Shown here: positions 1-11,614 of the stretch, in pieces
Position numbering within the stretch: position 1 is the first letter of the stretch
How the letters are laid out: each line of letters opens with the position of its first letter
Origin: a virus
Taxonomy: Duplodnaviria; Heunggongvirae; Uroviricota; Caudoviricetes
Virus record (IMG/VR): IMGVR_UViG_3300031555_002904
Reading direction: 5' to 3' (one strand)
Length of the DNA stretch: 64,000 nucleotides
Translations under genes and position numbers: made by a program
The notes under the pieces: model-generated
The model's input: the letters and a program-made list of their open reading frames with translations, nothing else
Database searches by the model: none
What the model was told of the DNA's origin: nothing

Positions 1-256
1 CATATTTAGACATTAATTCTGCTACCATTTCCTCTTCATCGTATGATAAATCTACTGCGTAGCTAAACATACAAGCATGAACAATTTCGTGGCATAGCAC
101 TTCTTTAACCTTAGCTGGTTTGAGCGTCTTGTCTATGTAAATAGTTTGCGTAACTTTATCACAAACTCCAAGAGCATGAGTCATCCAAGGGGTTAGTAGC
201 ATTGGATGAGATGGCGAGACCATTCGGACTCGCCATCTCACTCCATTGATAATCAT
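1..256 (-). CDS. Small HExxH zinc-metallopeptidase-like protein (ImmA/IrrE/M78-like), 3' end runs off the window
   Basis: Not in the ORF track. The ATG at 254-256 overlaps the upstream TGA (ATGA coupling). It reads MIINGVRWRVRMVSPSHPMLLTPWMTHALGVCDKVTQTIYIDKTLKPAKVKEVLCHEIVHACMFSYAVDLSYDEEEMVAELMSKY..., with HEIVH plus downstream acidic residues and no stop before base 1. Confidence 0.7.
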   Translation of the reverse strand, partial: MIINGVRWRVRMVSPSHPMLLTPWMTHALGVCDKVTQTIYIDKTLKPAKVKEVLCHEIVHACMFSYAVDLSYDEEEMVAELMSKY

Positions 257-888
257 TTCATTTGACCGATTTTAGAAGCCAATGCGGTAATCTTCTTTTC
301 AAGATATGCTTTCTCCTCTGGAGATGCGTCCGCAATCATTTCAGTGATGTCTTGAGATAGCTCTTGCATATACTTCTCTAACTCACGAAGTTGAGTAGCT
401 TTATCTCTCTTCATATCTTTGGCTTCCATATACATTCTGCGGCTATTGTAGCTGCGGCCCTCACGCTCATCGCGATACATGGTTCCGTTTCCACGGTCCA
501 TATGACTAGTTCCGTTATCCATATAACTGGTACCATTTCCAGACCCGCCGTCCATATACATTGGGTCATTATAGAAGGTTCCATCAGCTCTACGACGACG
601 TCCCTCGTCGGCGTACATCATTGGATAGCGAGAGCCACTATAATACATGCGGCTGTCACCATTTTCCTCTTGGTGATGGCCGCCTTTTTTCATTTCAAAC
701 TCCATTTCTGAGCCATTGCCTTTCATAGCTTCAGTGACGGTGCAATAGTAGATTGCCTCCTCTAAATCTTTAATCATATCAATAGCTTCTCCAAGCTCTT
801 TGGTATCTACCTCACCTAAATCACATAGCTGCATTTCAACAGCACACATTAGAGTTTCTTTCATATGCTTTAATCTTTCTTCATGCAT
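253..888 (-). CDS. Hypothetical protein (211 aa): helical ends and a Met/Tyr/Gly-rich repetitive middle
   Basis: ATG at 886-888 follows a GGAGG RBS (the track's TTG start at 906 includes the RBS); TGA stop. Imperfect repeats YMDGGSGNGTS/YMDNGTS/HMDRGNGT. No in-frame TAG. Confidence 0.8.
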   Translation of the reverse strand: MHEERLKHMKETLMCAVEMQLCDLGEVDTKELGEAIDMIKDLEEAIYYCTVTEAMKGNGSEMEFEMKKGGHHQEENGDSRMYYSGSRYPMMYADEGRRRRADGTFYNDPMYMDGGSGNGTSYMDNGTSHMDRGNGTMYRDEREGRSYNSRRMYMEAKDMKRDKATQLRELEKYMQELSQDITEMIADASPEEKAYLEKKITALASKIGQMK

Positions 889-902
889 ATTTATTCCTCC
901 TT

Positions 903-1322
903 TCAAGCGGTGCGGTCAACAATTAAATTAGCATTTTGAACATCAACATCATCAGTTGTAATATTCTGAACACTAATAGTTACACAGCATCCACGAGGAA
1001 CATCGACATATAAAGAAGCATATACATTGAAAAATTGCTCAACTGCCGCTGGGGTTACTGTCATAGTAGTAGCACGTACAGGCTCACCATTGATAGCAAT
1101 AACTAAAGAAATTGGGCCAACTGTTCCGTCCGCTGGTAGTCCAATGTTAGCTCCAAAAGAAACACGGAATCTAGCCCGGCATTGGTCGGTTAAACCTCTT
1201 AGAGTAACTAAACCACTATCATCACGATGACCAATCGTAGCATTACCACAAATCACAGTATCAGTGAAATAAACATTTTGATTTGCTGGAACTGTCTGAA
1301 GAGCATTAGCAATAATTTCCAT
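903..1322 (-). CDS. Beta-rich protein (139 aa), possibly BclA C-terminal / C1q-TNF-like jelly roll
   Basis: Intact ORF with RBS and TGA stop. Alternating beta-strand pattern (FRVSFGANIG, ISLVIAING, VTISVQN, ANLIVDR). The fold call is pattern recognition only. Confidence 0.6.
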   Translation of the reverse strand: MEIIANALQTVPANQNVYFTDTVICGNATIGHRDDSGLVTLRGLTDQCRARFRVSFGANIGLPADGTVGPISLVIAINGEPVRATTMTVTPAAVEQFFNVYASLYVDVPRGCCVTISVQNITTDDVDVQNANLIVDRTA

Positions 1323-1341
1323 AAATTAAACCCCCTTTAGA

Positions 1342-2064
1342 TTAGAAAGTACCGAAACCATTGCCGCATCCACCAAAGTAGGTATTGCAGCAGTAGGGAT
1401 TAGGAACGGTATAAGCGGGAACTGGGCATGGACGTAACTGATTTACCAAGTAAGCGTTCTGTGCGGCCTGGGAAGCCTGGAACTTCAAAGATTGGTTATC
1501 AGCAGTCAAAGTAGCAATCTTATCATTAGTCAAGAAGTCTAAGATAGAACGAACACCAGCATTATTAGCATCAATAATGTCACGGGTGCTGTCTGCGATT
1601 GCGCGACGAGTGTCGCAAGCCTGAGTTGCCATATTATAGTTAGTCTCTGCAAAGCCACGCTCAATTGCACGGCCAGTCTCGCAGCAACAATCACTAATCT
1701 GGTGACCTAAAGTGTTAAAGCCACTCTGAATATTGTAGCCAAGAGTGCAAACAGCAGTATCTACTCCATGGAAACCACTCATAATAGAGTTATTTAATGC
1801 GTAAGTAGAATCTGCCAAACCATAAGTCTGGTTGTCTAATTTAGAAATTAAAGTTTGCTGGTCAACTGCGGCACGGACATCAGCTTGGGTAGCACAAGGT
1901 GCTTCATAGCCGCCACCAAAGCCGCCAAATCCGCCGCGGCCCCATCCTGCGAACAAGAATAACAGGATAATCCACCAGCCATTATCGCCCCACATACCAT
2001 CGCCATTGCGATTACCAGTTACAGCAGCGATATCAGATAAATTGTAACCTTTTCCATTAAACAT
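1342..2064 (-). CDS. Gly/Cys-rich protein (240 aa) with one predicted N-terminal membrane segment
   Basis: AAGGAGG RBS, TAA stop. Hydrophobic GWWIILLFLFAGWG, then GGFGGFGGG. Cys clusters DCCCE, RPCPVP, PYCCN and GGCG. No in-frame TAG. Confidence 0.8.
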   Translation of the reverse strand: MFNGKGYNLSDIAAVTGNRNGDGMWGDNGWWIILLFLFAGWGRGGFGGFGGGYEAPCATQADVRAAVDQQTLISKLDNQTYGLADSTYALNNSIMSGFHGVDTAVCTLGYNIQSGFNTLGHQISDCCCETGRAIERGFAETNYNMATQACDTRRAIADSTRDIIDANNAGVRSILDFLTNDKIATLTADNQSLKFQASQAAQNAYLVNQLRPCPVPAYTVPNPYCCNTYFGGCGNGFGTF

Positions 2065-2084
2065 AATTGTGTCCTCCTTAAATT

Positions 2085-2339
2085 TTAATTTTGATAGCCT
2101 AATGCACGTTTAAAGGCTTCGAACTCCTGGTCGAAATTAGAACCGCCCTATTGAGCGTAAATATTACGAACTACTTTCTCTAGTTCGTCGGTTCGACCTT
2201 GTTGAGCTAAATTTAGGAGATTTTTTCCGAGGGGATTGTTATAGGCTTGTCCTTGTAAAATTGATAACATCAACTGTTGAGGATTCCGCCCGGATTTAAT
2301 CATTTGAATTAAAACATTTGGGTCTACTGGATACATCAT
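2085..2339 (-). CDS. Small helical hypothetical protein (84 aa, table 15)
   Basis: The track ORF stops at TAG 2148-2150. Read-through gives ...RNIYAQ[Q]GGSNFDQEFEAFKRALGYQN-TAA (2085-2087), which fills the gap up to the next RBS. Confidence 0.75.
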
Positions 2340-2349
2340 TCATACCTCC

Positions 2350-2790
2350 TTAGAATGATAAAATTTCTACTTTCTGTTTCTGCGGGGCGGGTGCGGCCGG
2401 CTCGGTTGGCTTTTGAAGTGATTTAATATACTCCAAGACCCGCTCAAACTCTTCTCTCGTTACAAATTTCTCAACGGATGGCAATACAGCGCTCTCTTCT
2501 TTTTCAATGGGTAATTCCCTTAATTCATACATACATAATGTAGCGGTACCATCCATATTTATTTGTTTTGTGTAGATTCGTTTGTTCGCCAAATCTGGAA
2601 AATAGAATACAGAACCATCGAAGTCAATAGAGGTTGCACGGGCCTCTTCCAATGAACTAACCAAACGGCCTTTCAGTCCTGTTTGCGGCGGCGCCTGTCG
2701 TAAATAGGGCATCTAGTACATTGATTGCTATTGGGTGACTTGTGGAGTCTGTGTAGGTTGCTGTGGATAATAATTATAGTTGGAATACAT
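2350..2790 (-). CDS. Hypothetical protein (146 aa, table 15) with a Q/Y/P low-complexity N-terminus
   Basis: ATG at 2788-2790 follows GAAAGGAG. Reads MYSNYNYYPQQPTQTPQVTQ[Q]QSMY[Q]MPYLRQ... with two in-frame TAGs, then joins track ORF 2350..2712; TAA stop. Confidence 0.8.
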
Positions 2791-2835
2791 ATGTAAGGTC
2801 TCCTTTCCATACAAAAAATTTTCATTATCCATCCC

Positions 2836-2883
2836 CTCATAGTATAGTGAAAATTAGGACCGAAAAATTAATCTAAATTGACC
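2836..2883 (-). promoter_or_regulatory. Putative promoter of the accessory operon (GGTC-N41-GAG element with TATACT -10-like hexamer)
   Basis: Minus strand reads TTGGTC...TTTTCACTATACTATGAG. The same architecture recurs upstream of six other genes (see findings). Confidence 0.45.
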
Positions 2884-3013
2884 AACCGGGGACCGAGACG
2901 AGTTCCCACTAGGACCTCGAGAATGCCATTTTAGGAGGGAATAAAGATTATTTTTGTGTTGGGACAATTCTTTTTGAGGACCTCTATTGGCGGGAAATAG
3001 GAAGAAAAAAGTC

Positions 3014-3058
3014 AAAAAAAAATACCTGAAAGATACTTTTTTAAGCATCTTTCAGGTA
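3014..3058 (-). terminator. Rho-independent terminator after the tail-fibre module
   Basis: Inverted repeat TACCTGAAAGAT / ATCTTTCAGGTA followed by T9 on the minus strand, just after the TAA at 3072. Confidence 0.85.
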
Positions 3059-3071
3059 TACAATTAATTAG

Positions 3072-6000
3072 TTAACTATATTTAAAATAAACTGAACCAG
3101 CAGGAGCTGCACCAGATGGGGCTGCAGTACCATAGCCAGTCATACCGACAATTTGTAAGAATGTAGTACTTCCTTGAGTATTATTATTGATATATAATTT
3201 ACCGTTAGAAGCAAGACCTATTTGCGCTGCAACACGTCCACTCCAATGGAAACTTAAACGAGGAGCAACTCCCCAAGTATCAGATTGAGCGCCGCCAAAA
3301 CCGTATTCACGAATTTCAACTGCTGAATCACTATAAGCAGAAGTAGATGTTGAAGTACCTCTATTTGCAAATCTTGCGCCATAAGCAAATAAATCACCAT
3401 AGAAATTCCAATGTTGTTTATAATCTACCCAATTACCAGCGATATCGCAAGCTCTAAATTGAATAGTGTCACTAGAATCATTAGCGCCCATACCAGTGTA
3501 ATTACTACCAGGTTTATCCCACATAAAAGCAGCGCCATTACTAGTTTGTTTATATCTATAGCCAAAGATTGGTCCAATATTAACTAAAATACCAGCTTTA
3601 GTTAACGTTAAATTACTTCCAACACTATTATTATTTTCAATACAGAAATCTCCAACTGCACCATAAGTACTTCCAGCTGTTCCCCTACGACCGATTAACC
3701 AACCGCCATCATGAGTGCCTTCTACAGTATTCGTTCCAGAGAAGAATAAGTTAGACCATCCATTTGATGCAGGTAAAACACGAATACCTTCATTATAAGA
3801 AGAACCATTGCCTTTTACAACCAAACGACCATCAATATAAGTTGCACCAAAAATAGTAAATGGAAAAGCTGTTGCTGAAGTCTAAGCGCCATTTACAGAA
3901 GTTTGATTATTAGTTTTATTATAATAAATAATCCAACGTCCTTTTGCTTCATTATACAATCCTTGATGAGGGTCACTTGACATCAATGTCATATAACTAG
4001 TACTATTACCAAGAATAATGCCTTCATATCCACCTCTAACATTACCATACATCATAAAACCGCCATAACCTGTTACAGTATTTGGGTATAAATGATTACC
4101 ATAAGAAGCATTATACCAACCTGTTGCGCCACTTGAACGGAACCAATTAGAACAAGATACAGAGCCAGTTACTCCAGCATCATAGCCAGTATAAATTCTA
4201 TCGCCACCAACAATTGGAGCATATAATAAACCAGATTCAACATTAAATGACATACCTTTATCATAACTATTTTCAGTACGACTCGTAGTAGAACCAATCC
4301 AATAAAATTGTTTGCCTAATGTACCAAAACTAAACCACTTAGCAACATTAGCATGACTATTAGTTGCACGTATCCAAGGATTATAGCTGCCATCATTAGA
4401 ATAAGTATTTACATTATAAGCACCGTTATTATAACGCTAACCATCAATCCAAGAAGAAGGTACTGTTTCAGATAAGTAACGACCTGAAGAATATGTCATT
4501 CCAGCTACTTCTAGTTTATAACTGGGAGTACTACCATTAGCAATTAATTTACCAATCGCAACACAATTATTTTTAATTTGTAAACCGGGAGTTATTTTAG
4601 TCCATCTATCAGCAGCCATATTAGTAATAGTGTCTTCACCATTAACAAACATAAAACTCGTAACTACGTTTTTAGTAGTAAATAACATAGCTTCATTACC
4701 ACTTGTTTGATAACTAATTACACCATCATAATCACTATGTCCAGTGCGGAAATTTAAACTTGAAATATTTCCGCTCCAACTTAACGTTCCACTCATGGAA
4801 TCGCCAGTTACATTTACAAAACGGCTATCGGCTTCTGCTTCGGTGTAATATCGAGCATCTAACTTGGTAGTATAATTTTCATCAGTAATAAAATCATACC
4901 AGCCTTTAACGGTACTAGTATTACCCTCCATGCGGCGATATTTTGGAGGATCCCAAAATGGTATAGCAATAATCTAATGATAATAACTAGAGCCATCTCC
5001 ATGATTAGAAACTAAATAAGATGCCCATCCGCTATTGCCAGCGAACTCTCCAGAAGTTTGAAACCAAGTAAAATTACCATTACCATAACCAGTACTTGCT
5101 AAGGCATTGGCAGTAGTTGCTGTTGTTGCATTACCACTTAAATTACCACTAAAAATTGGAGCAAATAATGTTCCAGTAGAAGTTTGAATTGTAAATCTAT
5201 CATCATAAGCAGGTCGACCTGTTGTATTATTATCATAACAAAACCAAATGCGTCTTTTAGTCGTACTACTAGAAGCTAAATCATTTGTAGTAATCGGAGT
5301 TAAAGCACTAGCTGTTGTAGCATTACCACTTAAAGCTCCATAAAAGGTTGTGGCATACATGGAACCCCATTTATTACCAGAAGTACCAACACTACCAGTG
5401 TTAGTTGTCTATGGATAAAAATAATTGGAGGTATTAAGAGTTACTCCATTCGTGGTGGTTGCATTATCTGCATTCGTATGAAATCTAATATTACTGTCTG
5501 CACCGAGAATTAAATCCTCAGTAGAAGTAACTTTTAGTTTTGTTGAATATAAAGTACTAGCAGCCTCACCAGCTCCAATATAAGTAGTGCCGCCAGCACC
5601 AATAACTAAGCTATGTCCATAATTTGTTCCGTCATCATATATTGCCATTGGAGTAGAAGTATAATTTGTGGTTTTATATGACACTAAGCCAGTCATTGTT
5701 CCGCCTGATAATTTTAAATATCTTCCATCGACAATGCTTGTCCAGTTTCCAGAATCAAGAATAGTTTTCCAACTACCAAAAGTTGCAGAATTATAAGCAT
5801 TGCGCATATATAAATTTCCAGTTGTGCCACCGAAACCTAACTAGGTAGCGTAATTACCAGTATGAGTATGTAAGTGAATAAGTCCCCATGCATTGTTCAT
5901 GCCAGAGGGTTTCACAGATGTTGTAATATTTCCACCTGTTGTACTAACCGTATGTACATAAGATGGAGTATTAACAACTTCAGTAGATGATATTGCAGTA

Positions 6001-6599
6001 TTACTATTGTAATATCTTAAGAATCCAGTAGAATCAATATTATCTAAAGTGTTTGCATTACCAGCAGAAGTTGCATAATTAGCGCTGGTAGCATTGCCAT
6101 TAAAAGTTGTTGCCACAAGAGTAACTCCTGCAGTTCCGCCTTTACCATTACCAAAATTATAAGTAGTAATATTACCATCAGTTGCTCCACTTGCAGTTCG
6201 ATAGTTAATCCAAATGGCTCCAGAATAAGCCGGAGATGCAAATGTATATTCATTTGTAGAATGAATCATATCATTATAAGATTTTAACTTCGCATAAGTA
6301 GAAGTGATAGTACTTCCATTTGCATCAGCGGTTGCTTTTGCGGCAAGACCACTAATACTAATAGGCCAAGTTCCAGAAGCATTAAGTCTAATTACATTAG
6401 CTGTATTCGTGGGACTAGACCAAACAACATTGCCACCATCAGCAAAAGCTTTAATACCTAAAAAATAAGGTAAAGATGTAGATTCTTCAGTTGAACTATC
6501 TACTGCAATACCGCCAAAGGCTCTTAATAATTGAGAAGAAGTTATCTCATTTAAAAAATTAGCTTTTCCAAGGACGAGTAAATCATTTACTTGTGCCAT
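3072..6599 (-). CDS. Tail fibre / receptor-binding protein (1175 aa, table 15)
   Basis: Six track ORFs share one frame and are separated only by five TAGs (5841, 5409, 4974, 4437, 3882); TAA stop. Repeated F.G.LSGNATTA motifs and W..ILDSGN joints are typical of phage fibres. N-terminus MAQVNDLLVLGKANFL. Confidence 0.85.
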
Positions 6600-6618
6600 T
6601 TAAATACTCCTTTCTCTC

Positions 6619-9045
6619 TTAAATTTCATATATCTTAAATGCTTGTAAATATTCTTTATCAAGCATACTAGTTTTTGTTAAGTTGGGTAATGTATCAATT
6701 CTTACCCACAATTCTGTTTCAGTTTGTGAAGTGCCATCTGCGGCAGGAATAAATTTAGTACTATCCCAAGCAGATTTCTGTCCAATAGGAGCAAACCAAG
6801 TTGAGCCAGTGTCACAGTTATAGACGCAAGCTGAACCATGTTTACGAATGCCTGCATTATGATTATTCCATGCTGTTGTAATAGCAGTAAAACCAGTTAC
6901 AGTACTTGCATTTGGAGAGCTTGTTTGTGTCCATCTATTATATAAAGAATTTGACAAAGACGGATAAGTTAACATAAACTCATATTTACCATCTACTTTA
7001 AAATGGTCTACTAAACCCATTCGACTAAAACGATTAGCCTAATTGCAAAAGGCAACTTCGCTAGCAGTAAACCAAGTTTTATCCGTAGTCACGTCAAGCC
7101 AATGAATACGTGCCCAAGCACTATTGTCGGATAGCACTTTAACTTTCATACCGCCAATATATCCAATTTCAGAAATGTCAGCAGCTTTTAACATACCCTA
7201 TTTAGTCATTTTAATATCAAAACTATCAGGCTCTTCAATAAATTCATAAGCCTATACAGAACCCTCTTTAGTTATTGACGCTGCAGTTTGATATAAGTCT
7301 TTAATATCAGTAGCAGACAATACAGAAGCATAAATTCTAAAATCTGACATTTTACCTTCCATCATTGTATCATCAGTTCTACTATCTTTACCAATATTAA
7401 AATCTCTTGTAAAACTTGAAGCAATATTAGTAAGAGCACCCGTATGAGTTTTTACTAAAGTTGCATTTTTATATATTTTAATACCAGTAGCAATATCTGT
7501 TGTAACAGTCCACATAGCCCATTCGTTATTAGTAATTGTACCTACTGATAAATCTGGACTACCATTCCAATATACTCGGAAAGATGTTACATTTTGTTCA
7601 ATATTAAAATTACTACCACTATAACCGCCAAAGTAAATACTTCTACTTGATGTATTTGATTCTTTTACCCAAAAATTAATAGTACACTTATCACTCAATA
7701 CTGCTTTCATTAAATCTTTAATTGGTAAATTAATGCCTGTGGTTGAACCATCAAACACAGAGCTTGCCGCATAGCGTGGAGTATCAGAGCTAAAAGTAAT
7801 ATTACCAACTGTTGTGCCATTACGACCATATCCACTACAATCATCAGCAGCATTAAAAAATGTTTCACTTAATGCTGGGCAATAAGGGGTAGCAATCGAA
7901 CCTTTTTCTAATTTTGGTAAAGCTATATCACATTTACCACCTGCCGCAAGTCTAAATAGCAAGGTTTTATTTGTAGTTGTTCCGCTTGCTGCAAAAGTCC
8001 AAGTTACTGTATATTTTTTCCATTGAGGAGTTAATGATAGAGGACAATTGCCATCACTGCCGCTTTTATTATGTCCTTCAGATGATTTAATATTAGAAAC
8101 TTGAACCACGCCAGATGTATTATTATAAAAGTACATAGTTAAAGTACTTGAAGTAGATGATTTAGCAAAGAAACTTGCTGTATATACTTCATTTATAGAA
8201 ACAGAGTGTCCTCCCCAAGAAGCAAAATCTTTATATCCAGTGCCTGCACTATTATCTGCACTACAGACAGGAAATCCATAGACCTTATCAAAAGAGGTTT
8301 GTCTATTTCCAATCGTATAAGAATTAGTTAATAAATTATTCGCATTTCCGCCATCTAATTTATAATGTAAAACTAAACCTTGACTTAATAATTTCACTTC
8401 TCTTTTGGATAAACATTCATCATATACTCGCACATCATTAATTTTACAGGCGGGTCTATATGACCCATTATTTGAATGCCCGACAGACCAATCAAATATA
8501 TTAAATTTATTTGCAGCAGATACATTCTCGCAAGTAAATTCCTTTTCGCAAATACCATCTACAAATAAACGATAAGTTTTAGTAGATTTCTTATAGGTTA
8601 AACATAAGTGATGCCAAGCTCCATAGATGTTTGTAGTTCCATAATATGAATAATATGTTCTTCCAGTAGAAGAAGAAGTATTACAACTCATATAACAAGT
8701 TGTATTACCACTATATTTTAAAGTAATTCCTGAACCACTACCTTTATCACTATTATGAGAATGATTATGATTCGTTAGAATTCCATTTGCAGAAGTAGCA
8801 TTACCAGGAGTGGTTGGATAACACCAACATGCCATAGTAAAATCTTTATTTAAATCAATTGTGGAATCACTAGTAATATGAGAAACTGTATTAATAGCTG
8901 TTCGTTGATAACAGCGCATATCTGTTTTTCCACCACTGGTGGCAGCTGCAACACCGCCACCAGTAGTATTTAAACTAAATTTTATTGGAGAAGAACCATA
9001 GTTTTCTAAATTACCATGTAATGGTAACCATATTAATAAACTCAT
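6619..9045 (-). CDS. LamG/concanavalin-like multi-domain tail spike / RBP hub, copy 2 (808 aa, table 15)
   Basis: Track ORFs 7252..9045 and 6619..7020 join through TAGs at 7252, 7198 and 7039. Two LamG-type domains (WHHLCLTY...LFVDG...INDVRVYDECLS; WAMWTVT...MSDFRIYASVLS) flank a CBM-like domain (YTASFFAK...WKKYTVTW...PKLEKGSIATPY). Confidence 0.85.
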
Positions 9046-9060
9046 ATATTAATCTCCTCC

Positions 9061-11313
9061 TTAAATAAATATAAAATCTAAACTTTCATCGGTACTATTA
9101 TACACAAATTTTACCTTAGAGTCAACTGTAATCGCTCCGTTGATAGATGTATCACCTTGCACATGGAAAGCTCCTGTGGGGGCAGCAGTTGAATTAATAG
9201 CAACCTTAGTAGCATTTGCATAATGATTGCCGCCAGAAGTCATTCTGACTGAACCGTTGTAAGCCTCAGTATAAACCAAACGTCCACTCACTAAGTTGGT
9301 ATTACCAGTACCACCTTTTGAAGGTTCAAGACAGGTAATTGCGGTCGCGACACCAGAAGCAGCAATATAAACGGGAACACTAGCATTACCTGCGGCTGTA
9401 TCAGCGGTATGTACCACCAATTCACCACTAGTTTCAGGATGCGTAACATCATAATTGGTTGTACCATTATAGTAACGCCAAACTGCTCTATGTGTTCTAT
9501 CAGCTGGTGTTAAATATAGAGTACTTCTAATACCAGAAGCACTACCTAAAGTAATACCTGCATATCCGTTAGCTGCAGGTGCAACAACAATACCTTCATC
9601 ATCACCAGAGCCATAAGGTCTACCACTAACGATAAGACCTCCGTTTAGGGTAGTAACTTTTGATACAGTTAAAGTATTTGATAATGAAGCAGCTCCAGTT
9701 ACAGATAAAGTATTACTTAAAGTTGTGGCGCCAGTAATGGCTAAAGTACTTAATCCTTTAATAGAGCCAGTAACTTGTAAATTACCACCGATATTCACAT
9801 CAGAAGCAAAAGAAGAAGCTGTGCCTACGTCTAAGCCACTAGGGAATTTAGATTTACTATTTAAATATAAAACAATCTAATTTGTGGTGGAAGAAGTAGT
9901 TGGATTAATAACTAATGCATTATCATTAGAAGATAATACGACATGATTTTCACTTGGTGTACCAAACACTAATTGAGTTGTATTACCAGTACTAGAACTA
10001 GCGTGAGAGCCTGTTAAATAAACATGACCTTTTGCATTTAGAATTCCTTTTACAGTGGTGCCAGTTGCATTAACCTATAACCAAGTATTTTCTTCTTCCC
10101 AACCAGTACCAACATACCAATAATTTAAAGTTCCTCCTGCGCCATAGGCACCCATTTCTGCTTTTACGCTTGCAGTATCACTAGATGTATTTTTCTATTT
10201 CCAATCAATATATCGTGCCCATCCACCGCTTTTTGTAACTTCAGTAGTAATACTTCCACTAGTATTCATTGTTAATTTATTTTCACTGGTTTGAATAACT
10301 AGAGGGCCAGACATGGTATCGCCTGTTTTTAAAACATATTTACCATTATAATGACCATCAAGATAATTAGTAAAATTATCTTCATCAAGAATAACTCTCC
10401 AATCTTGCCAAGTACCATTATTTTTACCACGAACCGCAAGTTGACCAGTGCGATAGTCTTGATAAATTTGAGTAATCCAAGAGTCGTTATATTTATTTAC
10501 AATAGCTACACCATCACTAATACCAAGAATACCAGAAGTATCATTAACATACCAAATACCAGTATTAGTGGCACTGCCAATCGCAATTCCTGTTGTAGCT
10601 GTTACATTAGTGCCAGCCATACGATAAGTAGTAGGCTATGGAATTCCATCAGTAGTAAAATAAACTGGTCTATCAGTACTACCACCTGATTTGGTTAAAC
10701 GATTAGCTTTATCAGCAACACCAATTAGATTACCTGTAACATCACCAGTTACATTACCAACAACATTGCCAGTTAAATTTCCAATAAAACCGCCAGTAGA
10801 AGTTACAGTTCCAGACACAGATAGTGAGCCAGAAGCGTTACCATTTACAATATATAAGTTAGCCCAACGCAAACTAGAAGTACCAAGGCTCTTTTTGTTA
10901 GTCTCACTTGGAACAACATTACCGCCAGAAGTAATAGTACTGGCAGTTGTTAAGCCATTTAGTTTACTTGTTGTGCCATTTAAATAATAAGATGTTGAGC
11001 CTAAATAAATATCACTACCAAACAAAGATTTTTTAGCTACATAAATACCGCCAGTTACTTGAATTGCTCCAGAACTTGCGGCTGTCGCTTCTGCACTGCC
11101 AGTAACAATAACTGCTGTTGATGCTCTTAGGTTTGCACCATATATATTTAACCAAGCGTTATCTGCTGTACCTAAATTATAGGTTAAGGTTTCTCCTGGT
11201 ATAATAACATCATAAGCAATTGCACCTTTATTTAGAAGTACATCTTCATTATATGTAGATACTCCAAGAAAACGAGAAGGCCCATTAACAATTAAATCTC
11301 TTAATTGTGCCAC
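9061..11313 (-). CDS. Tail fibre protein (750 aa, table 15)
   Basis: GTG start after AAGGAG. Three track ORFs join through TAGs at 10636, 10195, 10075 and 9877; TAA stop. GNLTGNVVGNVTGDVTGN repeats and a QIYQDYRTGQLAVRGKNNGTWQDWRVILD fibre-joint motif. Confidence 0.85.
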
Positions 11314-11348
11314 AATTTTTCACTCCTTTTCTTCAAAATCTATATATC

Positions 11349-11386
11349 AAAAAAAAATAGGGGTGAGGATAAATCCTCACCCCTAT
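11349..11386 (-). terminator. Rho-independent terminator
   Basis: ATAGGGGTGAGGAT / ATCCTCACCCCTAT stem followed by a T-run on the minus strand. Confidence 0.85.
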
Positions 11387-11392
11387 GAATTA

Positions 11393-11614
11393 TTAGAGTG
11401 CAATTCCGTTGATGCCCTCTAAGGCTTTATCCTTGAAATTATCAAAGTCTAATTCAACAACTTCTTTGTTACCATTATAACCATCCAAGTCAATAATAGT
11501 CATGTTGAAATATACCTCAGCACCAGAATAACTTGCGCTCATATTTGCGACTACAACATCGTCAACTACGCTAGCGCCATTAAAGTTGACATTCATATTG
11601 TCCATTCTTAACAT
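11393..11614 (-). CDS. Small acidic protein (73 aa), possibly a fibre chaperone or accessory protein
   Basis: GAAAGGAG RBS, TAA stop, located between fibre genes. Function inferred from position only. Confidence 0.7.
   Translation of the reverse strand: MLRMDNMNVNFNGASVVDDVVVANMSASYSGAEVYFNMTIIDLDGYNGNKEVVELDFDNFKDKALEGINGIAL

Noticed and set aside
2854-3048. 64-aa ORF in the intergenic region
   Set aside because: It starts inside the terminator hairpin, runs through its T-tract, has no RBS and overlaps the promoter-like element.
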